A stretch of 64,000 bases of DNA from an uncultured Cytophagales bacterium (GTDB lineage Bacteria > Bacteroidota > Bacteroidia > Cytophagales > Hymenobacteraceae). The notes beneath the pieces were generated by a model, which ran no database searches, was not told the DNA's origin, and saw nothing but the letters and a program-made list of their open reading frames with translations. The position numbers and the translations under genes are program-made. Shown here in pieces: positions 40,620 to 49,483 of the stretch (position 1 is the first letter of the stretch; each line of letters begins with the position of its first letter). The stretch covers positions 2,055,233-2,119,232 of the forward strand of contig CAVVTI010000001.1 of assembly GCA_963751205.1 (NCBI GenBank), written 5' to 3'.

Positions 40620-40937
40620 CCTGGCGCAAGTGTTAAGCGAAAGCGTCACTTGTGCCTAAATCATTTCAGAAAGTCTTCAGACTTTCGTGAATGTTATATT
40701 GGAACGTTGGGAGTAATTTACGGAAGTCTGAAGACTCATATCTTTGGGTAAAGAAAGCTGGTGCTGGCGCAAGTGTTAAGCCGGAGGCGTCACTTGTGAC
40801 TAAAGAACATTTCGGAAGTCTCCAGACTTCCGTAATCTTGACAGCTGAAAATCTGCTTTCTATAATACGCAAGTCTGGAGACTTGCTTCTGTTCAAAAGG
40901 CACAAGTGACGCCTTTCGGCTTAACACTTGCGCCAGG
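40620..40937. repeat. REP/BIME-like mosaic of two hairpin units
   Basis: unit A (ctggcgcaagtgttaagc..gcgtcacttgtg) at 40620, 40764 and inverted at 40899-40937; unit B (aagtct-N2-agact) at 40669, 40721, 40813, 40869. Confidence 0.85.
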
Positions 40938-40971
40938 AAACCAGGAATAGCCCATTTTAATTTACTTCAGA

Positions 40972-41571
40972 CTAATTTCTTATCTTCCTGTTTTCCAGCA
41001 TCAATTTCACTTCGGGCCACTCATTTTTAAGGATGCTGTAATAAACTGAACTTCTTCGGAAACCATCGCGCATAAGAATATGGCTGCGTAATATGCCTTC
41101 AAACTTCCCGCCTATTTTTTCGATGGCCGTTCTGGATCGTTGGTTGCGTTCGTCGGTTTTAAGTTCGGCTCTTTCAAATGCTAATTCCTCAAATATGTAT
41201 TGCAGTAATAGGTATTTACAATGAAGATTTACACCGGTCTTCTGAAAATCATTACCCAACCAGGTATAACCGATTTCTAGCCTCTGATCGATATTCGAAA
41301 CTGCGGCAAAACTGGTGCTACCGGCAAATTTTCCGGTCTTCTTATCGTAAATGGCAAAAGCGTAGCGGATCTTATTTTCCCTTTCCGATAAGCTGGTTTG
41401 TATAAATTCCCGTAAAGCTTCGCGGGTATAAACCGAAAAAGTGGAATAGAAGGTCAGATCTTCATCCTGCGATCCGGCAGGCAGCAAACCATCTAAATGC
41501 GATAGATCCAGCGGGGTAAGCATTATTCGATCGTCTTCCAATAGATGATCCTTATTAAAATCAAATTCCAT
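40972..41571 (-). CDS. GNAT family N-acetyltransferase (RimJ/RimL-like)
   Basis: LEIGYTWLG, KTDERNQRS..AIEKIG, EGILRSH, YSIL..EW. Confidence 0.88.
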   Translation of the reverse strand: MEFDFNKDHLLEDDRIMLTPLDLSHLDGLLPAGSQDEDLTFYSTFSVYTREALREFIQTSLSERENKIRYAFAIYDKKTGKFAGSTSFAAVSNIDQRLEIGYTWLGNDFQKTGVNLHCKYLLLQYIFEELAFERAELKTDERNQRSRTAIEKIGGKFEGILRSHILMRDGFRRSSVYYSILKNEWPEVKLMLENRKIRN

Positions 41572-41717
41572 AATTCTAAAGTAAGGAATTAAATTATGGG
41601 TCGGAGAATAATTACAGTTAAAACAATTCGTTCCATTATTAAAATTTACGTTCAAAAGCCATAAAGAATCTAACAGAATTTCACTTCCTTTTATTGTTAA
41701 GACAAAAAAGATCAGCT

Positions 41718-42035
41718 ATGGAAACTATTAACCTTACCAACCAGAACCCTGTTTTTACCATTTCGGGAAGGGAAGAAAAAATGAGCGCCGAAATTCTGAA
41801 AGTAACCTTAAAAGAGCCTGAGAATTCAAACCTGGAATTAATTATTACCGATGAAAATGGTTTCCTGCTTTACACAAAAGCCCTCCAACCGGAACCAAAA
41901 CATCCAAATGCAGTGCCGGAAAGCAAGTTCCCTGAAGTAGGTATAAACAAACGCTTTATTTTCAATGCATCTATAAATGTATGTATTAATAACCCGGAAG
42001 GCAATGCTTTTTTGGTTGAAGTACATTATGTTTGA
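41718..42035 (+). CDS. small hypothetical protein
   Basis: 105 aa from ATG 41718, beta-rich appearance. Confidence 0.55.
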   Translation: METINLTNQNPVFTISGREEKMSAEILKVTLKEPENSNLELIITDENGFLLYTKALQPEPKHPNAVPESKFPEVGINKRFIFNASINVCINNPEGNAFLVEVHYV

Positions 42036-42083
42036 ATTTTAACCGGGTTTATTCCGGTTGCCCAAAACGGTATGGTAAGGCAC

Positions 42084-42118
42084 AAAAAAAGTCCCGGAAC
42101 ATAAGCTCCGGGACTTTT
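42084..42118. terminator. bidirectional terminator
   Basis: aaaagtcccgga...tccgggactttt. Confidence 0.8.
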
Positions 42119-42139
42119 GAATTTATGGATCAGAAGTGG

Positions 42140-43483
42140 TTATCCCCGTCCGTGCATCATATAAGTTAATTTCTTGGATACGGCCAGAAGTACAAATCCC
42201 AGCACAATTACGAAAGCCCCGATGCCGCCAAAGATGGTTAAGGCGCCTAATTGTTCTACGTACTGTACAATGTAACCGCCCATGATATTCGCTACGAAAG
42301 AGCTCAGGAACCAAACCCCCATTAACATAGAAGCATAAGTAACCGGCGCTAATTTGGTAACCATAGAAAGGCCTACCGGCGATAAGCAAAGTTCACCTAA
42401 TGTATGCAGGAAATAAGTACCTACCAGCCACCAGATATTGGCTTTAATGGTTGCATCGGCAGTTTCGCCGCCGCGCTCCATAACCGCACCAACCATCAGG
42501 AAGAAACCAAGGCCTAAAAGCATCATACCCAAAGCCATTTTCACGGTTACGTTCGGGTTTTTACCTTTGGCTGCCAGGTTGATCCACAAGGAAGATATTA
42601 CCGGTGCTAAAGCTACAATAAACAACGGGTTAACCGACTGGAACCAGGAAGTAGGAATTTCCCAGCCAAAAACTACCCGGTCGATAAAGCGATCGGTATA
42701 TAAACTCAGGGAAGAACCGGCCTGTTCGAAACCGGCCCAGAAGAAGATCACAAAAACGGTTAAAACCAGGATTACCGCAATACGGTCGGTTTCGTCTTTG
42801 GTCATTTTGGTTTTCGGGGCGGCTTTTTGTTCGGCCGTTTTGGCAACAAAATTACCGATGTTGCCAAGGTAAGATTGCGCTAAGGTGTTGAACATGATCT
42901 GGCCCAGCATCATACCGATACCGGCAGCCAGGAAACCATAACGGTAACCGTAAGTTTCGCCTAAGTAACCGCAAACTAAAGGAGCCAGGAAAGCACCGGC
43001 GTTAATACCCATGTAGAAAATAGTGAAAGCGCTGTCGCGGCGGGCATCATTTTCTTCGTAGAGGTTACCTACAATGGTAGAAATATTCGGTTTAAAGAAA
43101 CCGTTACCTATAATGAGTAAAAGTAAACCTAAATAAAAACTCCAGTCGCCAACTTCGGAAAATAAGGCAAACTGCCCCAACATCATTAAAATACCACCCA
43201 TGGTAATGGAACGGCGCTGCCCGATGAAATTATCGGCTAACCAGCCCCCCAGAATCGGGGTAAGATAAACCAGACCGGTAAACCAGCCATAAAGCATTCC
43301 GGCGTCGCCGTCGGTCCAGCCTTTACCGCCCAGGTGGTTGGTAGTGGCGCTGGTCAGGTACAGAATAAGCAAGGCGCGCATACCATAATAGCTGAAGCGC
43401 TCCCACATTTCCGTCATAAAAAGCAGGTAAAGCCCTTTTGGGTGGCCTTTTTTTACCTGCATCGAGGAAGAGGTTGAGGACAT
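42140..43483 (-). CDS. proton-dependent oligopeptide (POT) MFS transporter
   Basis: EMWERFSYYGMR, GNGFFKPNIS, FYMGINAG, FQSVNP, GELCLSPVGLS. Confidence 0.93.
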   Translation of the reverse strand: MSSTSSSMQVKKGHPKGLYLLFMTEMWERFSYYGMRALLILYLTSATTNHLGGKGWTDGDAGMLYGWFTGLVYLTPILGGWLADNFIGQRRSITMGGILMMLGQFALFSEVGDWSFYLGLLLLIIGNGFFKPNISTIVGNLYEENDARRDSAFTIFYMGINAGAFLAPLVCGYLGETYGYRYGFLAAGIGMMLGQIMFNTLAQSYLGNIGNFVAKTAEQKAAPKTKMTKDETDRIAVILVLTVFVIFFWAGFEQAGSSLSLYTDRFIDRVVFGWEIPTSWFQSVNPLFIVALAPVISSLWINLAAKGKNPNVTVKMALGMMLLGLGFFLMVGAVMERGGETADATIKANIWWLVGTYFLHTLGELCLSPVGLSMVTKLAPVTYASMLMGVWFLSSFVANIMGGYIVQYVEQLGALTIFGGIGAFVIVLGFVLLAVSKKLTYMMHGRG

Positions 43484-43767
43484 TTAAGAATGAATTAAGT
43501 TTAGAAGATGAAAAATTGGTTAAACAGTTTGTTTCCGGCAATATGCGGAAAGTAAAACTACGTTTCCGAAATCATTAAACCAAACATTTGAACTTTTTAT
43601 TGGCTGGTTTGGCTTTCCCCTGAAAGCCGCCTAAATACGAAGGTAAACCCGGGTAAATCCCCAGAATTTATAAGGTAATATTTAGCTTTTAATCAGAATA
43701 TTTTTTTATTTTTGTATTAAATTTTATCATCCTCAAATCTCAAAAAGTTAAACCCCACATATTTCTC

Positions 43768-45385
43768 ATGAAAGAAACTGGTAGAAAATCGAACAAGGTA
43801 GGCTTGGAAAGTATCGGAATTAAGGAAGCAGAAAGCGTACTTTGGAATCTCACCCCAGCCGAGTTAGTCGAAGAAGCCCTTAAAAATGGCGAAGGTGTTC
43901 TATCTGATACCGGCGCGTTAATGTGCGATACCGGCAAATTCACCGGCCGTTCTCCCAAAGATCGTTTCGTGGTAAAAGACGCTAAAACTGCAGATTCTGT
44001 GTGGTGGGGCGATATCAACATTCCTTTCGACGCCGATAAATTCGACAAGCTTCAGGAGAAAATGATCAACTTCCTGGCCGATAAAAAGATCTACGTGCGC
44101 GATGCTTACGCCGGTGCAGATCCAAACTATCGGCTGGACCTGCGCATTGTAAACACGCAAGCCTGGCAGAACCTTTTCTGCAACAACATGTTTCTGCGCC
44201 CTACTGCCGAAGAAATTGAAAACCACGTTCCAAACTTTACTATTATCTGTATCCCTGAATTCCAGGCTGATCCGGAAGTAGACGGAACCCGTCAGCCAAA
44301 CTTCGCGATCCTGAACTTCACCAAGAACATGATCCTGATTGGTGGAACTGGTTATGCCGGCGAAATGAAGAAAGGAATCTTCGGCGTGCTGAACTACATC
44401 CTTCCGCACGAAAAAAATACCCTATCCATGCACTGCTCCGCTAACGTTGGCGAAAAAGGCGATACCGCTATTTTCTTCGGTCTGTCCGGAACCGGTAAAA
44501 CTACTTTATCTGCAGACCCTAACCGCGGTCTGATCGGTGACGATGAGCACGGCTGGACCAAAGACGGTATCTTCAACTTTGAAGGTGGCTGCTACGCCAA
44601 AGTAATCGACCTGAGCCAGGAAAAAGAACCGCAGATCTGGGATGCCATTAAATTCGGGGCTATTCTGGAAAACACCCGTTTTGTAGAAGGTACCCGCACC
44701 CCGGATTATGCCAACAAATCGGTAACTGAAAACACCCGTACTGCTTACCCGATCAACTTTATCGATAACGCTATTGAGCCTTCGGTTGCTGATATCCCTA
44801 AGAACATTTTCTTCTTAACTGCCGATGCTTTCGGGGTATTGCCTCCGATCTCTAAGCTGAATAAGAGCCAGGCCATGTTCCACTTTATTTCTGGTTATAC
44901 CGCAAAAGTTGCCGGTACTGAAGTTGGCGTAACCGAGCCACAAACTACGTTCTCTGCCTGCTTCGGCGCAGTTTTCCTGCCATTACACCCAACCAAATAT
45001 GCAGAGATGTTAGGTAAGAAAATGGATGAGAACAAAGTAAACGTTTGGCTGATCAATACCGGCTGGACTGGTGGTTCTTACGGAACAGGTTCCCGCATGA
45101 AACTGCCATACACCCGCGCCATGATCACGGCTGCCTTAACCGGCGAACTGGATAACGTAAATTACACCAATCACCGCGTATTTGGCGTGGCCATGCCGGA
45201 ATCTTGCCCTAACGTTCCTTCTGAGATCCTAAGCCCGCGTAACACCTGGGCCGATACAAGACGCTTACGATGCTAAAGCAAATGAACTGGCAGCAGCTTT
45301 CGTGAAGAACTTCGGCAAATACGCTGATTTTGCCAGCGAAGACATTATGGCCGGTGCTCCTAAAGTAGCTTCAACGGTTGCTTAA
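43768..45385 (+). CDS. pckA: phosphoenolpyruvate carboxykinase (ATP); indels near 45255-45275
   Basis: TGRSPKDRF, YAGEMKK, FGLSGTGKTT, GDDEHGW, NFEGGCYAK; TATTTTTG promoter at 43707-43714. Confidence 0.95.
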
Positions 45386-45408
45386 TAATTTTTGAAACCA
45401 GATTAAAC

Positions 45409-45439
45409 AAACCCTGCTGTGCAAACGGCAGGGTTTTTT
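45409..45439 (+). terminator. intrinsic terminator after pckA
   Basis: aaaccctgctgt-gcaa-acggcagggtttttt. Confidence 0.8.
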
Positions 45440-45441
45440 AT

Positions 45442-45726
45442 TTGTCTGAACTAGGATTTTTAGGATTAGGGGATTTAAGGATTCAGTTTTAAATTCAGAT
45501 TCAAAAAATATGATTAAGATTATCCATATTTTCATGATCCTAAATCTGGAAAAGTAATTTGGCTAAAGCCGAATTTATGCTTTAAATTTATTCCCAGCCT
45601 GAAGGTAGAGACAATTTAATCTTCTACTCTAAAAAATAAGGTGCCATTTTAAAGATTTAAAAGGTTTATACAATTAAAAGAAATAATCCTTTAATCTCTT
45701 AATCCTAAAAATCCTAATTCAGACAA
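45442..45726. repeat. MITE-like element with 42-bp terminal inverted repeats built from GGATT units
   Basis: 45442-45483 matches the reverse complement of 45685-45726 at 38/42. Confidence 0.85.
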
Positions 45727-45736
45727 TTTCAGCAAA

Positions 45737-46441
45737 ATGCATCTTTTCTACACCCCTGATATTGCCGGCTCTGACTACACCTTAAATGAAGATGAATCGA
45801 AACATGCTATCCGCGTTTTACGGCTAAATATCGGCGATGAGGTTAAGTTAGTTGATGGTAAAGGCGGCATGTATAACGCGAAGGTTACCGACCCAAACCC
45901 CAAACGCTGCAAGCTGGAAATTACCAAAACGGTACGGGATTTTGGTAAAAAACCGTATCACATTCATATTGCGGTAGCGCCTACCAAAAACCTGGACCGC
46001 ATGGAATGGTTTGTAGAAAAGGCCGTAGAAATCGGGATTGATGAGATCAGCTTCCTGAAATGTGCCCGCTCCGAACGCAAAGAACTAAAGCTGGACCGCC
46101 TGGAGAAAATTGCCGTTAGTGCCATGAAGCAAAGCCTGAAAGCCTACCTGCCTAGGCTGAATGAACTGACACCGTACAAAACTTTTTTAACCAATTTAAA
46201 TAGCATTTCCGGTACTTATATTGCTCATTTAGAAGAAGGTAACAGGCAAGATTTAAAGCAAATAGACACCTCCATAAAAAGCATTTGTGTTTTGATAGGA
46301 CCGGAAGGAGATTTTACGCCGGAAGAAATTGAATTGGCATTGGCGAAAGGAATAAAGCCGGTTACGTTAGGCGAAAGCCGGCTTAGGACGGAAACGGCTG
46401 CTTTGGTTGCCTGCCACACACTAAATCTGCTGTTGAGTTAG
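45737..46441 (+). CDS. rsmE: 16S rRNA m3U1498 methyltransferase
   Basis: HAIRVLRL, EKAVEIG, IGPEGDF, LGESRLRTETA. Confidence 0.95.
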   Translation: MHLFYTPDIAGSDYTLNEDESKHAIRVLRLNIGDEVKLVDGKGGMYNAKVTDPNPKRCKLEITKTVRDFGKKPYHIHIAVAPTKNLDRMEWFVEKAVEIGIDEISFLKCARSERKELKLDRLEKIAVSAMKQSLKAYLPRLNELTPYKTFLTNLNSISGTYIAHLEEGNRQDLKQIDTSIKSICVLIGPEGDFTPEEIELALAKGIKPVTLGESRLRTETAALVACHTLNLLLS

Positions 46442-46473
46442 TTGCTAATTTGGCAACTTTTTCATTAAATTTG
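46440..46473 (+). promoter_or_regulatory. higBA promoter with palindromic operator
   Basis: AGTTGCTAATTTGGCAACT (one mismatch) at 46440-46458; TAAATTTG at 46466-46473. Confidence 0.65.
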
Positions 46474-46500
46474 ATGTAGCATATAAAGCTGGCTTATCTG

Positions 46501-46797
46501 TTGAACGTTTTATCTAAACCGACCATCATTCGTTTTTACGAGAAAAATACCACCGCTAAACAAGGTTTACTAACTTGGTACGATACTGTTTCCAACGCTA
46601 CTTGGAAAAATATGAATGATTTGCGCAGGACTTATCCTGATACAGACTTGGTTGGCGATGATCGGTTTGTTTTTAATATTCAGGGAAATCGATATCGATT
46701 GGTTGCCCGTGTAAGTTTTCTCTATAAAGATGTAAAGATCAAATGGATCGGAACGCACGCGGAATATGATAAAATAAAAGATATTACAAAGATTTAA
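46501..46797 (+). CDS. higB: type II toxin HigB (RelE superfamily)
   Basis: RFVFNIQGNRYRLV, WIGTHAEYDKI; TTG start. Confidence 0.9.
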   Translation: MNVLSKPTIIRFYEKNTTAKQGLLTWYDTVSNATWKNMNDLRRTYPDTDLVGDDRFVFNIQGNRYRLVARVSFLYKDVKIKWIGTHAEYDKIKDITKI

Positions 46798-46808
46798 AGT
46801 CAAACTCA

Positions 46809-47171
46809 ATGGAAATAAAAGTTATAGAAAGCGAAGAGCAATATGAGGCTTATTTAAATAAGCTGGAAGAATTGTTCGATGCAAATCCTGGTACAAAACA
46901 GGCCCTCCAACGAAAGCTCCTTGTTCTGGTTATTAAAGCCTACGAAGATGAACACTATCCCATTCCTTCTCCGGATCCTATCGAAGCCATAAAGATCCGG
47001 ATGCAGGACTTAGGAATGCAACGGAAAGATCTGGAGGTTTTCCTTGGCGATAAAACCGTGGTTTCTAAAGTATTAAATCACAAAAGGGCGTTAACAGTTG
47101 AACAGATTCGTAATCTGCATAAAGGGTTAGGAATTCCGGCGGAAATATTAATTGCCCCAACTTTACGTTAG
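46809..47171 (+). CDS. higA: antitoxin HigA (HTH)
   Basis: YEDEHYPI..PDPIEAIK.RM, VSKVLNHKRALT, LGIPAEIL. Confidence 0.9.
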   Translation: MEIKVIESEEQYEAYLNKLEELFDANPGTKQALQRKLLVLVIKAYEDEHYPIPSPDPIEAIKIRMQDLGMQRKDLEVFLGDKTVVSKVLNHKRALTVEQIRNLHKGLGIPAEILIAPTLR

Positions 47172-47199
47172 CATTAAAGCTAAACTTATATTACCAAAA

Positions 47200-47862
47200 A
47201 TGAAGAAGCTTCTTCTAACCATATTTACTTTTTCCCTCGCTTTCTATAGCGTTTTTGCCCAGAAACCGAGCTTCCAGATCGCTAAGCTAAAATACAACGG
47301 TGGCGGCGACTGGTACGCAAATAAAACTTCCTTACCCAACCTGATCCGGTTCACGAACCAGAACTTAAAGCTTAACCTGGATAAAACCGAAAAGGTAGTT
47401 GAAGTGGGTAGCCCGGAGTTAATGAATTATCCGTTTATTCACATGACCGGCCATGGCAATGTGGTTTTTTCAGCGGCCGAAGCAGAGAACCTTCGGAAGT
47501 ACCTGATCGGGGGCGGCTTCCTCCACATTGACGATAATTACGGGATGGATAAGTTTGTGCGCCGCGAAATGAAAAAGGTATTTCCGGAGCTGGAATTTGT
47601 TGAAGTGCCTTTCTCCCACCCTATTTACCACCAGAAATACGACTTCCCGCGCGGCCTGCCAAAAATTCACGAACACGACAACAAGCCGCCGCTGGGTTTT
47701 GGCATTATGTATAAAGGACGGTTGGTTTGCTTTTATTCCTACGAAACCGATTTGGGCAACGGCTGGGAAGATCCGGAGATTTATAACGACCCGGTAGAAA
47801 AACACGAAGCCGCTTTAAAAATGGGAGCCAATATTCTGGCCTTTGCGCTGACGCAGTATTAA
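47200..47862 (+). CDS. DUF4159 domain exported protein
   Basis: signal peptide, LKYNGGGDWY, MTGHG, GGGFLHIDD, DLGNGWE. Confidence 0.85.
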   Translation: MKKLLLTIFTFSLAFYSVFAQKPSFQIAKLKYNGGGDWYANKTSLPNLIRFTNQNLKLNLDKTEKVVEVGSPELMNYPFIHMTGHGNVVFSAAEAENLRKYLIGGGFLHIDDNYGMDKFVRREMKKVFPELEFVEVPFSHPIYHQKYDFPRGLPKIHEHDNKPPLGFGIMYKGRLVCFYSYETDLGNGWEDPEIYNDPVEKHEAALKMGANILAFALTQY

Positions 47863-47921
47863 TAAATTTCCGAATAATTAACTTCAGAAAATTTCAATTA
47901 TTAACATTGGTTAGGCGAAAA

Positions 47922-48038
47922 ATGAAAAAAACCTTTACGATAATTGGTGGCTTTGTTGCTGGTTTTATTGCTTGTTTTTTGCTGATTTTTCTGGTAATGT
48001 TAATCGCAAAATGGGCAGGCTTTATTAAAATAGGCTAA
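47922..48038 (+). CDS. 38-aa single-TM small protein (not in ORF track)
   Basis: MKKTFTIIGGFVAGFIACFLLIFLVMLIAKWAGFIKIG; stop 1 nt before the next ATG. Confidence 0.55.
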   Translation: MKKTFTIIGGFVAGFIACFLLIFLVMLIAKWAGFIKIG

Positions 48039-48039
48039 T

Positions 48040-48525
48040 ATGAAAACTAAATATTTTTGTTTTCCTTTCTTAGCAGGTTTCCTGGTAGCTTTAGTTTCCT
48101 GCTATTATGTTGCCAAACCTTTTATTAATTCAGGAACCGATGTTTTTGAGCCCACTTACCAATCATTAGAAGGTAAGCCGTTTCAACTTTCAAAAGAATC
48201 AAAAAAAATTCGGCTTATAAGTTTCTGGGCTACCTGGTGCAAACCCTGCATTGCAGAATTTAAAGATTTCCAAACTTTGAAAGATAAGTACCCGGAAAAA
48301 TTAGAAATTATTACCGTGTCTGATGAAAGCCCTCAAAAGATCGAACATTTTAGAAACCGGAACAACTATAGCTTTATCTTCTTAAAATCGAACGAGCCAC
48401 TTTCTTCTTTTGGAATTAATGCGGTGCCGTTAAACGTAATTTTAGATAAAAGCGGGCGTTCAGTTTATTCCCGCTTAGGAACCGTTTCGGCAAAGGAATT
48501 GGAAAAGATTCTATTAGAAAATTAA
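48040..48525 (+). CDS. TlpA-family thiol-disulfide oxidoreductase
   Basis: N-terminal TM, FWATWCKPC, cis-Pro motif AVP. Confidence 0.85.
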   Translation: MKTKYFCFPFLAGFLVALVSCYYVAKPFINSGTDVFEPTYQSLEGKPFQLSKESKKIRLISFWATWCKPCIAEFKDFQTLKDKYPEKLEIITVSDESPQKIEHFRNRNNYSFIFLKSNEPLSSFGINAVPLNVILDKSGRSVYSRLGTVSAKELEKILLEN

Positions 48526-48528
48526 ATC

Positions 48529-49053
48529 TTAAAACTTTGGCTTTAAGATCTCTGCTAAAACAATAGCTTTCCTGGCACCATCCGGGTTTTGAAGCATTTG
48601 GGCAAATATTGAGACTTCTTTCTTATCGCTTGCCTGATAAATATTTTTCTCCCGGCGGCGGCGCACTATATCATCCCGCTGTCCACTTTCTACTTCGGTT
48701 ATTTCCAGAGAGCGCCGGCGTGGTTCCAGATTTTCTAAAGACCGGTATTTCGGCTTATCGGATTCCAATGACCTTTTCTGAAGTTTTTCAACCTTCATCT
48801 TTTGCATCGGGCCAGGCTCAGTCGGCTCTAAAAGATCTTTTTCCTTCCGCTCCAATTTATCTTTACCCTGCTTTTTCTGCTTCTCCATTTGCTGGCGCAG
48901 AACTTCCGCAATGGTCTGATCCGAAATGGGAATATAAGGCTCCGGTTTCCGGGAATTAGGTTGATTAAAAGCTTTTTTAAACATCCCCACGATCCAGATG
49001 GCCAGCCAGATTACCCCCACAATTACAAAAACAACGATCTTTATTCCTTCCAT
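48529..49053 (-). CDS. hypothetical membrane-anchored protein
   Basis: N-terminal TM, charged linker with RSLE x3, C-terminal RKAIVLAEILKPKF. Confidence 0.7.
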   Translation of the reverse strand: MEGIKIVVFVIVGVIWLAIWIVGMFKKAFNQPNSRKPEPYIPISDQTIAEVLRQQMEKQKKQGKDKLERKEKDLLEPTEPGPMQKMKVEKLQKRSLESDKPKYRSLENLEPRRRSLEITEVESGQRDDIVRRRREKNIYQASDKKEVSIFAQMLQNPDGARKAIVLAEILKPKF

Positions 49054-49150
49054 TTCCGCTTTATTTTTTTGCTGTCAAAAGATACCGTTTTTTACGGCAA
49101 AAATGGCCGAAACACGGGAATTTTCTGAATTATTTCTCCCAAAAAAGCCT

Positions 49151-49158
49151 TAAATTTG
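49151..49158 (+). promoter_or_regulatory. candidate -7 element for smc
   Basis: TAAATTTG ~325 nt upstream of ATG. Confidence 0.4.
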
Positions 49159-49204
49159 TAAGTTAATGGGCTTTGCTGAAGGCATGTTATTGCAACAATA
49201 TTAC

Positions 49205-49470
49205 GTCATCTCGACCTGAGGAGAGATCTCATCAGGTTGAGTTAAAAGCCACCAAAACTATTTCGCTGTTCGGGATTTTCTAATCCCGAACCAAACTGAT
49301 GGGGATGTATACATCCCCGCGCAGGAAAACTTCCGAATCTGAAGATCCGAAAGAGCGCAATGGAAAAATAAATGGCAAAAAAACGGTAGCCAAAAGCCGC
49401 CAAAAACTGCTTCAGCAAAAGCAAGAAACCAAAAGCCCTCCCCTGTTTTTAGGGGAGGGTTGGGTGGGGT
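49205..49470. repeat. cluster of REP-like hairpins upstream of smc
   Basis: gtcatctcgac..ggagagatctc 49205-30; gttcgggatt-ttct-aatcccgaac 49268-91; ggggatgtatacatcccc 49301-18; ccctcccct-N5-aggggagggttgggtgggg 49436-69. Confidence 0.7.
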
Positions 49471-49483
49471 AAATACAACAAGA

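Noticed and set aside
40620-40937. Mini CRISPR array, and the 72/79-aa ORFs overlapping it
   Set aside because: Units occur in both orientations with long spacing and nested hairpins (REP-like); the ORFs are translations of repeat DNA.
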